Virus record (IMG/VR): IMGVR_UViG_3300014073_000001 | DNA length: 64,000 nucleotides | DNA from: an uncultured virus (IMG/VR IMGVR_UViG_3300014073_000001) | Lineage: Duplodnaviria; Heunggongvirae; Uroviricota; Caudoviricetes | Strand: one strand, 5' to 3' | Shown here: positions 51,695-61,171 of the stretch, piece after piece | How the letters are laid out: every line of letters starts with the position of its first letter | Position numbering within the stretch: position 1 is the stretch's first letter | Notes under the pieces: generated by a model | What the model saw: the letters and a program-made list of their open reading frames with translations, nothing else | What the model was told of the DNA's origin: nothing | Database searches by the model: none | Translations under genes and position numbers: made by a program

Positions 51695-52829
51695 GTATCT
51701 TGCTCCATTCTAAATACGTATTTACAAAGTGCCGATTCTCATTGATATAATTGAAAGTTTGGCTGAGCGGACACTGCGTAGTTTTATACCCCTCGAATAC
51801 GATTGCTACCCAGCACATCATCGGGCAGTATTGGTAATGCTCACATGTCAAGCAGCCACGCTTTAAGAGCCCTAATGAGTTCTTGATCTCTGTAACGTTA
51901 TCTTCTATCACGTTCTTGTGATATTCGCCATAAAACATTTCGGCTGGTAGAGATGATGCACGCTTGGAACAGTCTTTGATACATTCTCCGTTGTGGAACT
52001 GACTTGCATATTTGCAGTCGCAATATCTGCCCATGAACGGGCGAAGCTCTTTAAGGGAGCATTTTATGAAATTCCCAACAGCAAGCACGTTGAAGTGACT
52101 ATTATCGATACACCACTTGAAAAAACTAAAATACTCCTCATCGGTAGGTACGTGTTTTTCCCATCCCGGGTTTGCAGTGTAATAGTTGATATCCACTGTA
52201 ATATCTTTCGGGATCAGGTTGAATGCTCGGTCGCCTTTTATATACGCCTTAATGGTATTCTTTGTTAAGGTAATTGAGATATATTGTGTAATCTCTTTGA
52301 AGTGGCAAAGCGTCTTCAGCCATATTTCTTTTTGGCTTTCACAAGAGAAGCGATCCACTGGATCATAACTGAATGCGATCTTGCCGTTTGTTCTCACCAG
52401 AAGCTTTTCAACTCGCTCGTATTTGGTGAATACACCATTGGAAAGCCAAGTCGTTTCTACTTTAATTCCAGGAATCTCTCGGCCAGCAATCTCAACAAAT
52501 TTATCATAAAATTCGACATATATATCAAAGAGGGAATCTGGTAAAGCATCGAAGAACAGCTCCCCACCCCATAAGCGGAGTAAAATCGTATCTACTCCGT
52601 ATTCTTTGACCTCATCCTTAATGCCGTCTATGATTAACTTAGGCATCGCCAGGATCTTGCTGGTGTCGATATCATTGCACTCATGAGATTCAAAGCAGAA
52701 GCTGCAGCTCAAGTTGCATCGTTCGAATAGCGGAGCTGCAATTTCAAAGTAGCCAGGATTTTTATAGAAATTGATCTTCGGCAGTGTGGAAGGCATTTCA
52801 ACTCTGGAAATATCGATAAATTTTTCCAC
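51669..52829 (-). CDS. Radical SAM/SPASM protein
   Basis: FERCNLSCSFC, LWGGE, WLSNG; CLTCEHYQYCPMMC...C; start overlaps the stop of the CHxxCHxxCH gene. Confidence 0.92.
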   Translation of the reverse strand: MEKFIDISRVEMPSTLPKINFYKNPGYFEIAAPLFERCNLSCSFCFESHECNDIDTSKILAMPKLIIDGIKDEVKEYGVDTILLRLWGGELFFDALPDSLFDIYVEFYDKFVEIAGREIPGIKVETTWLSNGVFTKYERVEKLLVRTNGKIAFSYDPVDRFSCESQKEIWLKTLCHFKEITQYISITLTKNTIKAYIKGDRAFNLIPKDITVDINYYTANPGWEKHVPTDEEYFSFFKWCIDNSHFNVLAVGNFIKCSLKELRPFMGRYCDCKYASQFHNGECIKDCSKRASSLPAEMFYGEYHKNVIEDNVTEIKNSLGLLKRGCLTCEHYQYCPMMCWVAIVFEGYKTTQCPLSQTFNYINENRHFVNTYLEWSKIHDKDITPI

Positions 52830-53506
52830 TATCTACGACCTCGACTTCCGTGACAATTATTATGACAATTACGATGGCAAGTATATAACTTATATGTAAT
52901 TGCATTTACCGATGCTGAAGTCCATGCCGCTTTCAAGCGATTGAAGAAGGCTACGATATTGGCTGCTGACGCTGCCTTTCCTGCCTGAATATCTGATCCG
53001 TCAACATTGATAGCTTGCAGGGGGATATTTACGTCACGTTCCCATCCAGCCACTGCCGAACTGCCTATTGCTGAATATACCGGCAAAGCAGCGAGTGAAG
53101 GCTTGAATATTGCCTTACCACTTTTGGTTGCAACTAAGGAAAACGAGGCATTGTTTTGATGATACCAATAAGAATTAAAGTTACGAACTCTGGATAGTCC
53201 TGTTACTATGCTAGTCAGTGCGGTGTACACAGTTGCTCCAGTCACTCTTTCACCTGCTGTTCCTATGTTTGCAATCGGTTCAGCGTAAGCATCGAGATCT
53301 TGAAGAGGGACTGCCGCAGGATCAGCAAACGCGGCGACGTTGTCATTTCCTTGGTAACTAGAATTGCGATATACTGTGCCGCTAAAATATGGCACGTTCG
53401 TACTATGAAAAGTGTTTGCCAAAATAGTCGCTACAACATTAGCTGAAAAACTAATAGCCATATCACCTGGTTTAATTTTGTCGCCAGCAATTAAGCTCAT
53501 CACCAT
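52829..53506 (-). CDS. Fibre-like protein with C-terminal CHRNCHNNCHGSRGRR; putative rSAM substrate
   Basis: Ala/Ser/Asn-rich; three G-x2-[IVA]-x-[APG] repeats; all Cys are confined to the C-terminal triple CH motif; first gene of the rSAM cluster. Confidence 0.65.
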   Translation of the reverse strand: MVMSLIAGDKIKPGDMAISFSANVVATILANTFHSTNVPYFSGTVYRNSSYQGNDNVAAFADPAAVPLQDLDAYAEPIANIGTAGERVTGATVYTALTSIVTGLSRVRNFNSYWYHQNNASFSLVATKSGKAIFKPSLAALPVYSAIGSSAVAGWERDVNIPLQAINVDGSDIQAGKAASAANIVAFFNRLKAAWTSASVNAITYKLYTCHRNCHNNCHGSRGRR

Positions 53507-53516
53507 CTCACCTTTC

Positions 53517-54446
53517 TTACTTTATTTTGATTTTCAGCTTTCTTTTGCAGATCAGATCATCTGCCTCAACAAGAAATCCGATTATGCTCTCTGTATTATC
53601 GACAGCCGAGTTGTATAAGCGACCGCACCCAGGCATAACACTAGGAACGACAGGCATACCTTTTTGGGCATTACCTATGAAGTTCACATGGACACGCCCC
53701 GCCAAGCCTACTGGGATATATTTCAAGAGATTGTGCTCAACAAAATCGGAATCAGCAGGAGGAATTTCACCGCCTATAATATGAGAGAACTCACCTGAGT
53801 GGACACCAGCAATGCATGTAGCTCCCTCTAATGCCTTTACATACTCCTCTTTGTCTGAATCAAGATTTAGCATTATGATGTCACCAGGTTCTGTTGCTTC
53901 TCCCCGAGGGAAGAATTCAGCGTAGTCATTCCATACCGCACCGTAAACTGTGTCGGCAGTTATAGAGGTAGCTTTGATCTTAGTTACGGTTAAAGTGTCG
54001 GTTGCTGGTGTATAGTTAATAGCACCACAACGCATTTCTTGCGGACCCGTGCCGCCGACCAGTGCAAGTTTCATAACAACAGTATCGGGGACAGCCCCCA
54101 TAGTCGTTATGTCACTCTTGCTTGAAAGAACATTCGATACCGATACATTGAATAAGCCCGTACTAGCTGCAGATGTCACCGAAGAGCTTGCGCTGCCAGA
54201 TAGTTGTATTTTCATTCGATTAACAGCAGCTTCATTTGCCTGGGATGCCTGTGTAATCAACGGGATATATCTATCATCGTGAAAATGAGTCTTGTTGTCG
54301 TCGCCAATGATTTCAAGATTCTTTCTGGCCTCTTGTCTGTCCAAAACATCGCTCAGATTTAAGTCACGACGTAATCTATTCCTGATAGCATCCACGTAAA
54401 AGGTGGACCATGAACCGGCCTCCTTCTGCCATTTAAGTAGTGCCAT
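53517..54446 (-). CDS. Tail fibre/appendage protein with intramolecular-chaperone (peptidase G2-like) C-terminus
   Basis: NLSDV...ARKNL, HFHDDRY; VYGAVWNDYAE...EPGD...GVHS...PVGLAGRV.V. Confidence 0.7.
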   Translation of the reverse strand: MALLKWQKEAGSWSTFYVDAIRNRLRRDLNLSDVLDRQEARKNLEIIGDDNKTHFHDDRYIPLITQASQANEAAVNRMKIQLSGSASSSVTSAASTGLFNVSVSNVLSSKSDITTMGAVPDTVVMKLALVGGTGPQEMRCGAINYTPATDTLTVTKIKATSITADTVYGAVWNDYAEFFPRGEATEPGDIIMLNLDSDKEEYVKALEGATCIAGVHSGEFSHIIGGEIPPADSDFVEHNLLKYIPVGLAGRVHVNFIGNAQKGMPVVPSVMPGCGRLYNSAVDNTESIIGFLVEADDLICKRKLKIKIK

Positions 54447-54460
54447 ATTAAAACTCTCCT

Positions 54461-55849
54461 TTAACCGTAGATTATTTTGAATGTCAAACTCTCGGTCGTA
54501 TCGTTATAAATGGTAATACCAGTGTCGGTATAAGCAACAGTAGCAACCGCTTCGCTGTTAATGTACTTATTGAGTGTTCTGCTTCCAGCCGTCGTATCAA
54601 GAACCAAGATTTTCACTTTTTGAATATATGGATCTTCAATTGCTTGCCAGGCAGAACTGTTTGCCGGGATTACCACGTTAATAACCGTCGGTTCAACAGG
54701 AGGGGTATATACGTTATACAATGTTCCTTCATTGTTGAATAAGATTTCACCGGTGTTTACATCGAGGAAAAACTTTCCAGCATATTCCCATTCAGTAAGA
54801 AAGTCGGTTGTCGACAAATAGTCAGTAATTGTGGAGTCTGGCTCTGGAACAGAACCGTCAGCAGTATCGTAGACATAGGCAACATTGTTTGTTATATCGA
54901 AGATATTAGCAACACCATCAGACAGAGCAGCATCAATATCGGCAGCTTCGCGAGCGATCACTCCGCACCATACGATATTGCTTCCTGCTAGGCCGCCGTA
55001 AGCATCAGCTATCACGCCAACCTGCCCAAGCGTTCCTGTGATTCTGCTTGCGCCCACTCTCAGTGCTTCGACCGAAACCTCAAGATTATTAATCTTGTTG
55101 AGTTGAGCAACCACTCCCGGAGCCAATAACGTTTCAGGAAGTTTGTTGTCGAGCGTAATAAGTCCGTCATTAACCTTATCAGTTAGATCGGCAAGATCGG
55201 ATTCAACGGCTTCAATATCTTGCTTGTTTAGAGTAGTGACTGATTCGACAGCATTGATATGTGTCTGCATAGCGGTCATAGCCTCTGCTACACCGGATAC
55301 GTCACCTGAGATTGCTGATATCAAAGCGATACTGTTCTCTACATTCAACATGTCATTTTCGAGATTCAGTATCTTCAACTCAGTAGTGGAGAGCCGATTG
55401 TCGATACTGGTGAACTTGGTATCGGTAGCATTCAGCCTGGCTTGCAAAGAACCGTCCAGATCTGCAACAGAGATGCTATCGCTTTTTTTACGATAGTTAT
55501 CTAGGTCTGCCACAGTTGCAAACGATCGGCCGCCAGACGATGTTAGCCCTAGTGATGTTAGCAAGTTATTATCAAGCATGCTTTGGGTGACTTTATCGCT
55601 GACTTTATGAAGGTAGTTTGCTAATTGAGTTTTATCAGCCTTATTAGAGATGAGGCTATTGATCTGCCCAACGATTATAGTGTCATCGTATCCTCCTGAA
55701 CCGCCGCTTGCACCGCCATTACGAACAATGTCCTGCAACTCGTTAGACAGGTCTTCGTATTTAATTAGTCCTGCCTTAACAAAGGTATCAAACAGGGCTA
55801 ATAGTTCCTGATCTAGATCTCTACGTTTAATTTTGCCTGCTTGCGCCAT
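54461..55849 (-). CDS. Coiled-coil tail fibre-like protein
   Basis: GGGYDDT, NKADK, long heptad region, C-terminal YINSEAVATVAY beta domain. Confidence 0.6.
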   Translation of the reverse strand: MAQAGKIKRRDLDQELLALFDTFVKAGLIKYEDLSNELQDIVRNGGASGGSGGYDDTIIVGQINSLISNKADKTQLANYLHKVSDKVTQSMLDNNLLTSLGLTSSGGRSFATVADLDNYRKKSDSISVADLDGSLQARLNATDTKFTSIDNRLSTTELKILNLENDMLNVENSIALISAISGDVSGVAEAMTAMQTHINAVESVTTLNKQDIEAVESDLADLTDKVNDGLITLDNKLPETLLAPGVVAQLNKINNLEVSVEALRVGASRITGTLGQVGVIADAYGGLAGSNIVWCGVIAREAADIDAALSDGVANIFDITNNVAYVYDTADGSVPEPDSTITDYLSTTDFLTEWEYAGKFFLDVNTGEILFNNEGTLYNVYTPPVEPTVINVVIPANSSAWQAIEDPYIQKVKILVLDTTAGSRTLNKYINSEAVATVAYTDTGITIYNDTTESLTFKIIYG

Positions 55850-55865
55850 AGTTTACAGCTCCTCC

Positions 55866-56960
55866 TTATAAAAATACTGCGCCGAAGTCATTCCACTTAT
55901 TATTGCTGTAATACCTGATTGTCATCTCACCAGCTTTAATACAGAACCAGACGGTCTTGTTATTCTCTGGAGATGCAGGTGGTGCCACGCCAATGTGAAA
56001 GTTCGACAGATCCTGCATGCCGTGAGTGTGAGCCGGCAACGTAGAAGCAGGAATTTTACCATCTGACTGAACAACCAGAAGCTGGTTGGGGCCAGTTCCT
56101 GCATGATGTCCGTCAGTCGTATCTGCATCACCGCCGCTTGCAGGCAAGCTCGTAGGGAAGTCAAAAATTTCTGTTTTATTATGGACGTGTCCTTGATAGC
56201 TAATTTTATCTTTTATTTCGTATCCAGCAATGCTTGTGGGCTTGCCGGTAACTCGATCCCAGGAAATTGTAGTATTTACTTCGACGTTTTCACCTAATGC
56301 ATCATTGTCTGCCAAGGAGCCGTCAAAGTCGATCCATAGATCACCGATTTCGCTAGCCTCTGGTGTTTCTGTACTCATAAAAACGCGAGGATATGGATTG
56401 CCAATTCTAAAGATTCGGATATACTTAGCCGTAATTTCGTGGCCTACTTCCAAGGCGTCAGAAATAGCGAAGCGCGTTTCGTTCAATTCCCTTAACCCGC
56501 CGGAAGCCGGAGTTCTCTCTAAGACATCGTCGATCGTAGCACTGATGTGATTTCTATGTCTGATGTACGAGGCTTTTTCTAACTCGAAAACAAATTCGTT
56601 GTGTTCGGTTATAGGCATGTGTCTGGTTTGTCCATCAGAATTTGTGTACGAAAACTCATTCGAAACGTACTTACCATCTGACCCTATGTTTGGCACACTT
56701 GTGACGGTAAATACCTCATGGACAATCATGCTATCTTTGATGATACATAAAGTTCCGTCATTCTTTAAACCGGATGGCAGCCAATCTGTTTCTCCCTCTA
56801 GCTTAACCATCATGAGGCCAGTTTGAGGATTGACTTTTATCGTACCATCGGGGATAAATTCCCACTTTAATTTACTTGCGTCTTCTTCAGTTATTAAAAG
56901 CGCTCGGCCGTCTTGAATTATGTTTTCACTGACCTTTCTGACGCCTCTTGCCATGGACAT
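55866..56960 (-). CDS. Tail fibre-like protein
   Basis: GDLWID, ISWDRVTGKP, GHVH, DFPTSLPA.GGDADT.DG.H, AHTH fibre motifs; SD GGAGG before MSMARG. Confidence 0.65.
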   Translation of the reverse strand: MSMARGVRKVSENIIQDGRALLITEEDASKLKWEFIPDGTIKVNPQTGLMMVKLEGETDWLPSGLKNDGTLCIIKDSMIVHEVFTVTSVPNIGSDGKYVSNEFSYTNSDGQTRHMPITEHNEFVFELEKASYIRHRNHISATIDDVLERTPASGGLRELNETRFAISDALEVGHEITAKYIRIFRIGNPYPRVFMSTETPEASEIGDLWIDFDGSLADNDALGENVEVNTTISWDRVTGKPTSIAGYEIKDKISYQGHVHNKTEIFDFPTSLPASGGDADTTDGHHAGTGPNQLLVVQSDGKIPASTLPAHTHGMQDLSNFHIGVAPPASPENNKTVWFCIKAGEMTIRYYSNNKWNDFGAVFL

Positions 56961-57085
56961 AAAGATACCTCCTTTGTCAAATCCATTCATTTGATATATT
57001 ACTTTTGGGATCAGCTATATACAGTCCATAAAAGGCTAAAAAAGAAACTTTGCCCCCGGATAAGCAAAGTTTAAGAAGTGAGTAT

Positions 57086-57670
57086 TTAATTGACTCGTCC
57101 TTTGATTTCTGCAATGTTTTCATTAACTTTGGAAATATTTTGATCCAGTTTTGTGATCGCGGCACAAATTTGGTTAACATCATTTTTATCTGCACTATCC
57201 TTAGCCAGTTCATCAAGACGACCATGGATTCGAACCAGACTTTCGTTGTTTGGCATTTTCTCAGACAAGGCAGCAAGTGTGGAGTTCTGAGCTTGCAGCA
57301 TACTGGTAATGTGAATACTTCTTTCGTCGTGAGAGCTCAGCCTATCACTGACCTTCTCAAAGGTGAGATTAAGCAATCGTATCGATTCGCCTAGATGTTC
57401 AATTGCTTTATTGTTGTTGCTAAGAAGAGCTACTTGCTGACTGACGGATTCCTTTAACAGCTCGTTTGAAGTACAGCGTTCTTTCTCTTTCCGCTCTTCA
57501 ATTGCCATTTTCTCGGCTTCTCGCCTTTCTTGCGCTTCTAATTGTTTTGGATAGATACTCTTAACATAGTAAGAGCCGCCACCCAATATCACAAATAGCA
57601 TTGCGAATACTAGCGAGTTTCCTACGCCCAGCTCTTGAAATACCTTCGCGCCTGTACTAATCCACTCCAT
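57086..57670 (-). CDS. Single-TM coiled-coil protein (holin/lysis-associated-like)
   Basis: N-terminal TM LVFAMLFVILGG followed by coiled coil; adjacent to a two-TM holin-like gene. Confidence 0.5.
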   Translation of the reverse strand: MEWISTGAKVFQELGVGNSLVFAMLFVILGGGSYYVKSIYPKQLEAQERREAEKMAIEERKEKERCTSNELLKESVSQQVALLSNNNKAIEHLGESIRLLNLTFEKVSDRLSSHDERSIHITSMLQAQNSTLAALSEKMPNNESLVRIHGRLDELAKDSADKNDVNQICAAITKLDQNISKVNENIAEIKGRVN

Positions 57671-57673
57671 TTG

Positions 57674-57892
57674 TTAACCGCCTTCTTCCTTATCTTTTCT
57701 GCCAGGCATATCAAGAGCGGTTGAACGGCCGAAATAAAATCCGATAATCATGCTGAATACGGATATAAATTCTGACGCATTAATCAATCCTTTGATCGCT
57801 ATATAGCAAAAAGTAATTGTAACGACAAGAGCAATGACTTTGCGCACGCTCAAGAACGCCACTATTAATTTCACAATCTCGTTTTTGATCAT
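57674..57892 (-). CDS. Holin-like small two-TM protein
   Basis: SVRKVIALVVTITFCY...FISVFSMIIGFYFGRS plus charged tail; SD GGAGG. Confidence 0.65.
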   Translation of the reverse strand: MIKNEIVKLIVAFLSVRKVIALVVTITFCYIAIKGLINASEFISVFSMIIGFYFGRSTALDMPGRKDKEEGG

Positions 57893-58037
57893 CGGGGGCA
57901 CCTCCAATTTTAATATATTTCATTTATGTATTACTCGTTTGATTTCGGATTTTCACATTTTCAGTTTGTAATCCTCAAAGGAAATCGGCGCCATCCCTGA
58001 TTTTTCAAGGAGGCGCCGTCAAAAAATTGTTTAAGTG

Positions 58038-61000
58038 TTACATGATGTACATATACGCTTCGCCTTGCGGGTCACGTACGACAATCAATTCTGCATCGAG
58101 AGTAGCTTTCTTTTCCCAAAACATAACGGAGCATTCACTGTCAAGCTGGGTCTCATCCGGATAACCGATGATCTCGATTTCGGAGTCAAGTAATTCCGAC
58201 CAGATGTTGTTTGCCAAGATCTCGATGTCAATCTCAAGATCGCAAGTTGCCGATCCTGCCATCGCAATGTCGATGAAGCAAGGGAGAGCTGTCTCGTTAG
58301 GAGCAGCAATCGTAATCTCACTATCGAGATTTGCGTTCGGGTTGACGAAGACTTCGCTGTCGAGATCGTTCCAGTAACCGTTCGGTAAGGTTCTATAATA
58401 TTGGACTTCCAACCGTGGAACTTTGAAGCCTTCCCTCGAGGAGAAATAGATGCCTTTCTTGGTAGCCTGCAGCGGGTTCTCTACAACCAACATGAAGGAC
58501 TGTCTGTCACTCTTATGTGCCCAGTCAATGAAGCCCGCAGTGATGTCGATGGCAATGTCGCCCATCTTCTTCGGCGCTATGAGTTCGGCTACCTGTTCGT
58601 AAACAGGGAGTGAATCCAGTGCACGGTAGTTTACTTTGGTTTCAAACCAGCTATCGCTGATGCGGTAGACTTTGATTATTACGTCATCCTCTACCATAGG
58701 GCGAGTAACATATAACTTCAAGATTACTTTCTGAATCGTCTCGTAACCAAAGTAATTCATAGCATCGGTATGAGGAATGCTCAGTTCAGCTAGGTTGAAT
58801 CCGATCAGTCCCTTAAAAGTTTCGCCGCCGGTGAACCTACCCACAGAAAGCTCGGGAAGGGTGCCATAGTTAGTGAGTGCAGTATAGCTGTAGCATACAG
58901 CGTCTTTGATGGCTGTAGTCGTACCCGTTCTCAAGACTGCCGGCATAGTATAGGCTGATATTCCCATGACCGTCTTGTCGTTTTCGTAAACAACATAGAT
59001 CTCAGAATCAAGATCGGCATTTACTGCAATGGCGATTTCAGAGTCAAGGTCAGCATATATATCGTTGCGATAGAATACCGCAGTCTCCATTCGATTGGTG
59101 GCATTAACCATCATTGCACAATCTATCGAGGATTCAGCAATGAATGCTACGCATATTTCAGAATCCACGTCGTATTGTCCGCCGCCTAAAAGGTCGGTCA
59201 CAGCTTCCAGGGATGTTCCACTAGTGATACTAATTTCGGAGTCGAGGTCGGATATGTCGAGGTGAGTTACCATCATCTCACTGTCAAGATCGCCTCTCTC
59301 AACGTGGAGCAAGTCAACTACGGCTTCCATTACGGCACCGCTTGTTACGTTGATCTCGCTGTCAATATCGCTGACGCAAGTAATAACAACATTTAGTTCG
59401 CAATCTATTTCAGTTCTATACGATCCATGGGTGTCATAGATGACTTCCATCATGGTGCCGGAAACGATCATCAGCTCTACATCGATGCAGCTTTCATCAA
59501 TTTGGCAAATATTGATTGCAGCGTCGATATCGTTATTGCCACCGCTCTTACTATCAGTGATAACTTCCATTCCATTCGATGATGTAACTGAAAGTTCAGT
59601 GTCAAGCTCGGACGAGCCTGCGCCGACTACAGTCATTTCAGAACTTAGATCTTTACGAGCACCTGATTTAACATCGACCACAGCTTCCATACCGGTATGA
59701 GCTTGTACGTTAATCTCTGAATCAATCTGAACTGATTCGCAAGCAGTAACTGCTATCTCGGTATTCAGGTCGAATGCTGCTTCTGTCATCGTATTTACGA
59801 CGGCTTCCATCTCTTGTACTCTTGGGACAACTATTAGTTCAGTGCCCATATCAAAGCTGCTGGCATAAGTGATCATTAATTCATTGCCGATGTAGCTATT
59901 GCCAGATACCTGAGTGTCCGCCATAGCTTCCATTATACTCGTGCTGAAGATGCTTATTTCGGCATCTATTTCGGAAGCTACCTGGATTGCGACAACCATC
60001 TCAACCGGTATTGCCATCACGACATTGCTCTTAAGTATTTCAATTTCAGAGTCCAGTTCATTGACACCGAGCGCGGCTGCCGTTACTTCAGCGTCGATCG
60101 AACTATCTTCTATTTTGCTAATAAGTATTTCTGTATCTAAAAGCCGTTTCCAGTAAGTGCCGTAAGCATAAACTATGATTTTGGAATCAATATCTGATAC
60201 CGCTGTCCGTTGAATATTAATGACTGAGTCTAAATCCTTACGATCTGTTTGCTGGACTAAGATTTCCGAATCGATGCTGCTGTGGTTATAAACCCATATC
60301 TCCGAATCGAGGTTGCAGCCATCTAAGAACCATACAAATATTTCGGCGTCGATTTCTGTTTCACAGTCGTACTTAATGGTGAGCTCGCTGTCCAGATCTT
60401 CTTGGCAATCATATTTTACAGTAAGCTCGCTGGCAATATCGGTAGTGGCCGAAATCCAAATTTCGCTATCGATGTCAGTTTCGGCAATGTTCCAGACGAA
60501 CATCTCGCTCGGCATATCGCTTTCGCGCTCAACAGCCACGATGAGTTCGCCATCGATTTCACTGCCGTCTGAGATCGCGATTGTTATGTCACAATCGATT
60601 TCTTCAAGTATGGCACTGTTAATATCTATTTCACACCAAAAGCCATCGTCCTCGCCAAACATAAAATCTATGTTCTCAGGAAGGTTCGAGACATCTCGGC
60701 CGTTGACGTAATAGACTTTCCCGTCAATAATATCAACTTCAATTTTGCGCCACACTTCCCAGACATTATACAGCATCAGATAGTGTCCGTCCGTATACGA
60801 ACCAGGGATCGTCGCAGTAGTCGCACCACCACTCATACTCGACTTGAGATCCGTTGGAAAATCGTCTGGGTACAGAGGATTGTCGTATACGTTTTTCCAG
60901 TATCCTGGTGGCGAGAACAAATACGCTTCTGAAGCTCTATGCGGGAAAGGTTCTGCGAATATGATTTCCGCGCCATTACCCGTTCCGTGTTGGTTTATAC

Positions 61001-61082
61001 CGACCACATTCATCGTGGTGTTGCCGGCAAAGCCGAGCAGCATCTCTTTGTATGCAGTGTACTGAAGGCTAAGCGCCACCAT
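58038..61082 (-). CDS. Acidic-repeat protein with DNRLRE-like domain (C-terminal part of a frameshifted gene)
   Basis: Dozens of D[LI]D[SA]E[IL]x[VI] repeats; D...S...TNYG...L.VG...LKLYV...W.E..V...DIT...FSSRE...PRLEV domain. Confidence 0.65.
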   Translation of the reverse strand: MVALSLQYTAYKEMLLGFAGNTTMNVVGINQHGTGNGAEIIFAEPFPHRASEAYLFSPPGYWKNVYDNPLYPDDFPTDLKSSMSGGATTATIPGSYTDGHYLMLYNVWEVWRKIEVDIIDGKVYYVNGRDVSNLPENIDFMFGEDDGFWCEIDINSAILEEIDCDITIAISDGSEIDGELIVAVERESDMPSEMFVWNIAETDIDSEIWISATTDIASELTVKYDCQEDLDSELTIKYDCETEIDAEIFVWFLDGCNLDSEIWVYNHSSIDSEILVQQTDRKDLDSVINIQRTAVSDIDSKIIVYAYGTYWKRLLDTEILISKIEDSSIDAEVTAAALGVNELDSEIEILKSNVVMAIPVEMVVAIQVASEIDAEISIFSTSIMEAMADTQVSGNSYIGNELMITYASSFDMGTELIVVPRVQEMEAVVNTMTEAAFDLNTEIAVTACESVQIDSEINVQAHTGMEAVVDVKSGARKDLSSEMTVVGAGSSELDTELSVTSSNGMEVITDSKSGGNNDIDAAINICQIDESCIDVELMIVSGTMMEVIYDTHGSYRTEIDCELNVVITCVSDIDSEINVTSGAVMEAVVDLLHVERGDLDSEMMVTHLDISDLDSEISITSGTSLEAVTDLLGGGQYDVDSEICVAFIAESSIDCAMMVNATNRMETAVFYRNDIYADLDSEIAIAVNADLDSEIYVVYENDKTVMGISAYTMPAVLRTGTTTAIKDAVCYSYTALTNYGTLPELSVGRFTGGETFKGLIGFNLAELSIPHTDAMNYFGYETIQKVILKLYVTRPMVEDDVIIKVYRISDSWFETKVNYRALDSLPVYEQVAELIAPKKMGDIAIDITAGFIDWAHKSDRQSFMLVVENPLQATKKGIYFSSREGFKVPRLEVQYYRTLPNGYWNDLDSEVFVNPNANLDSEITIAAPNETALPCFIDIAMAGSATCDLEIDIEILANNIWSELLDSEIEIIGYPDETQLDSECSVMFWEKKATLDAELIVVRDPQGEAYMYIM

Positions 61083-61171
61083 GTACCTTTCGTATAAGCC
61101 TGCATAAGCTGGGCTAGACTGCTTTATTTTTTGTAAAGCAGCCTGAGCCTCAGATCGTTTCTGCTCTAGTA

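Noticed and set aside
41603..53506. rSAM cluster as a cofactor pathway (PQQ, MoCo, heme d1, queuosine/7-deazaguanine) or classic secreted bacteriocin
   Set aside because: No companion enzymes, exporter, protease or short precursor were recognised; the position among tail genes favours another role, though DNA/sugar modification is not excluded.
53517..61082. Diversity-generating retroelement or invertible tail-fibre switch
   Set aside because: No reverse transcriptase, TR/VR repeat pair or invertase with flanking inverted repeats was seen in the window.
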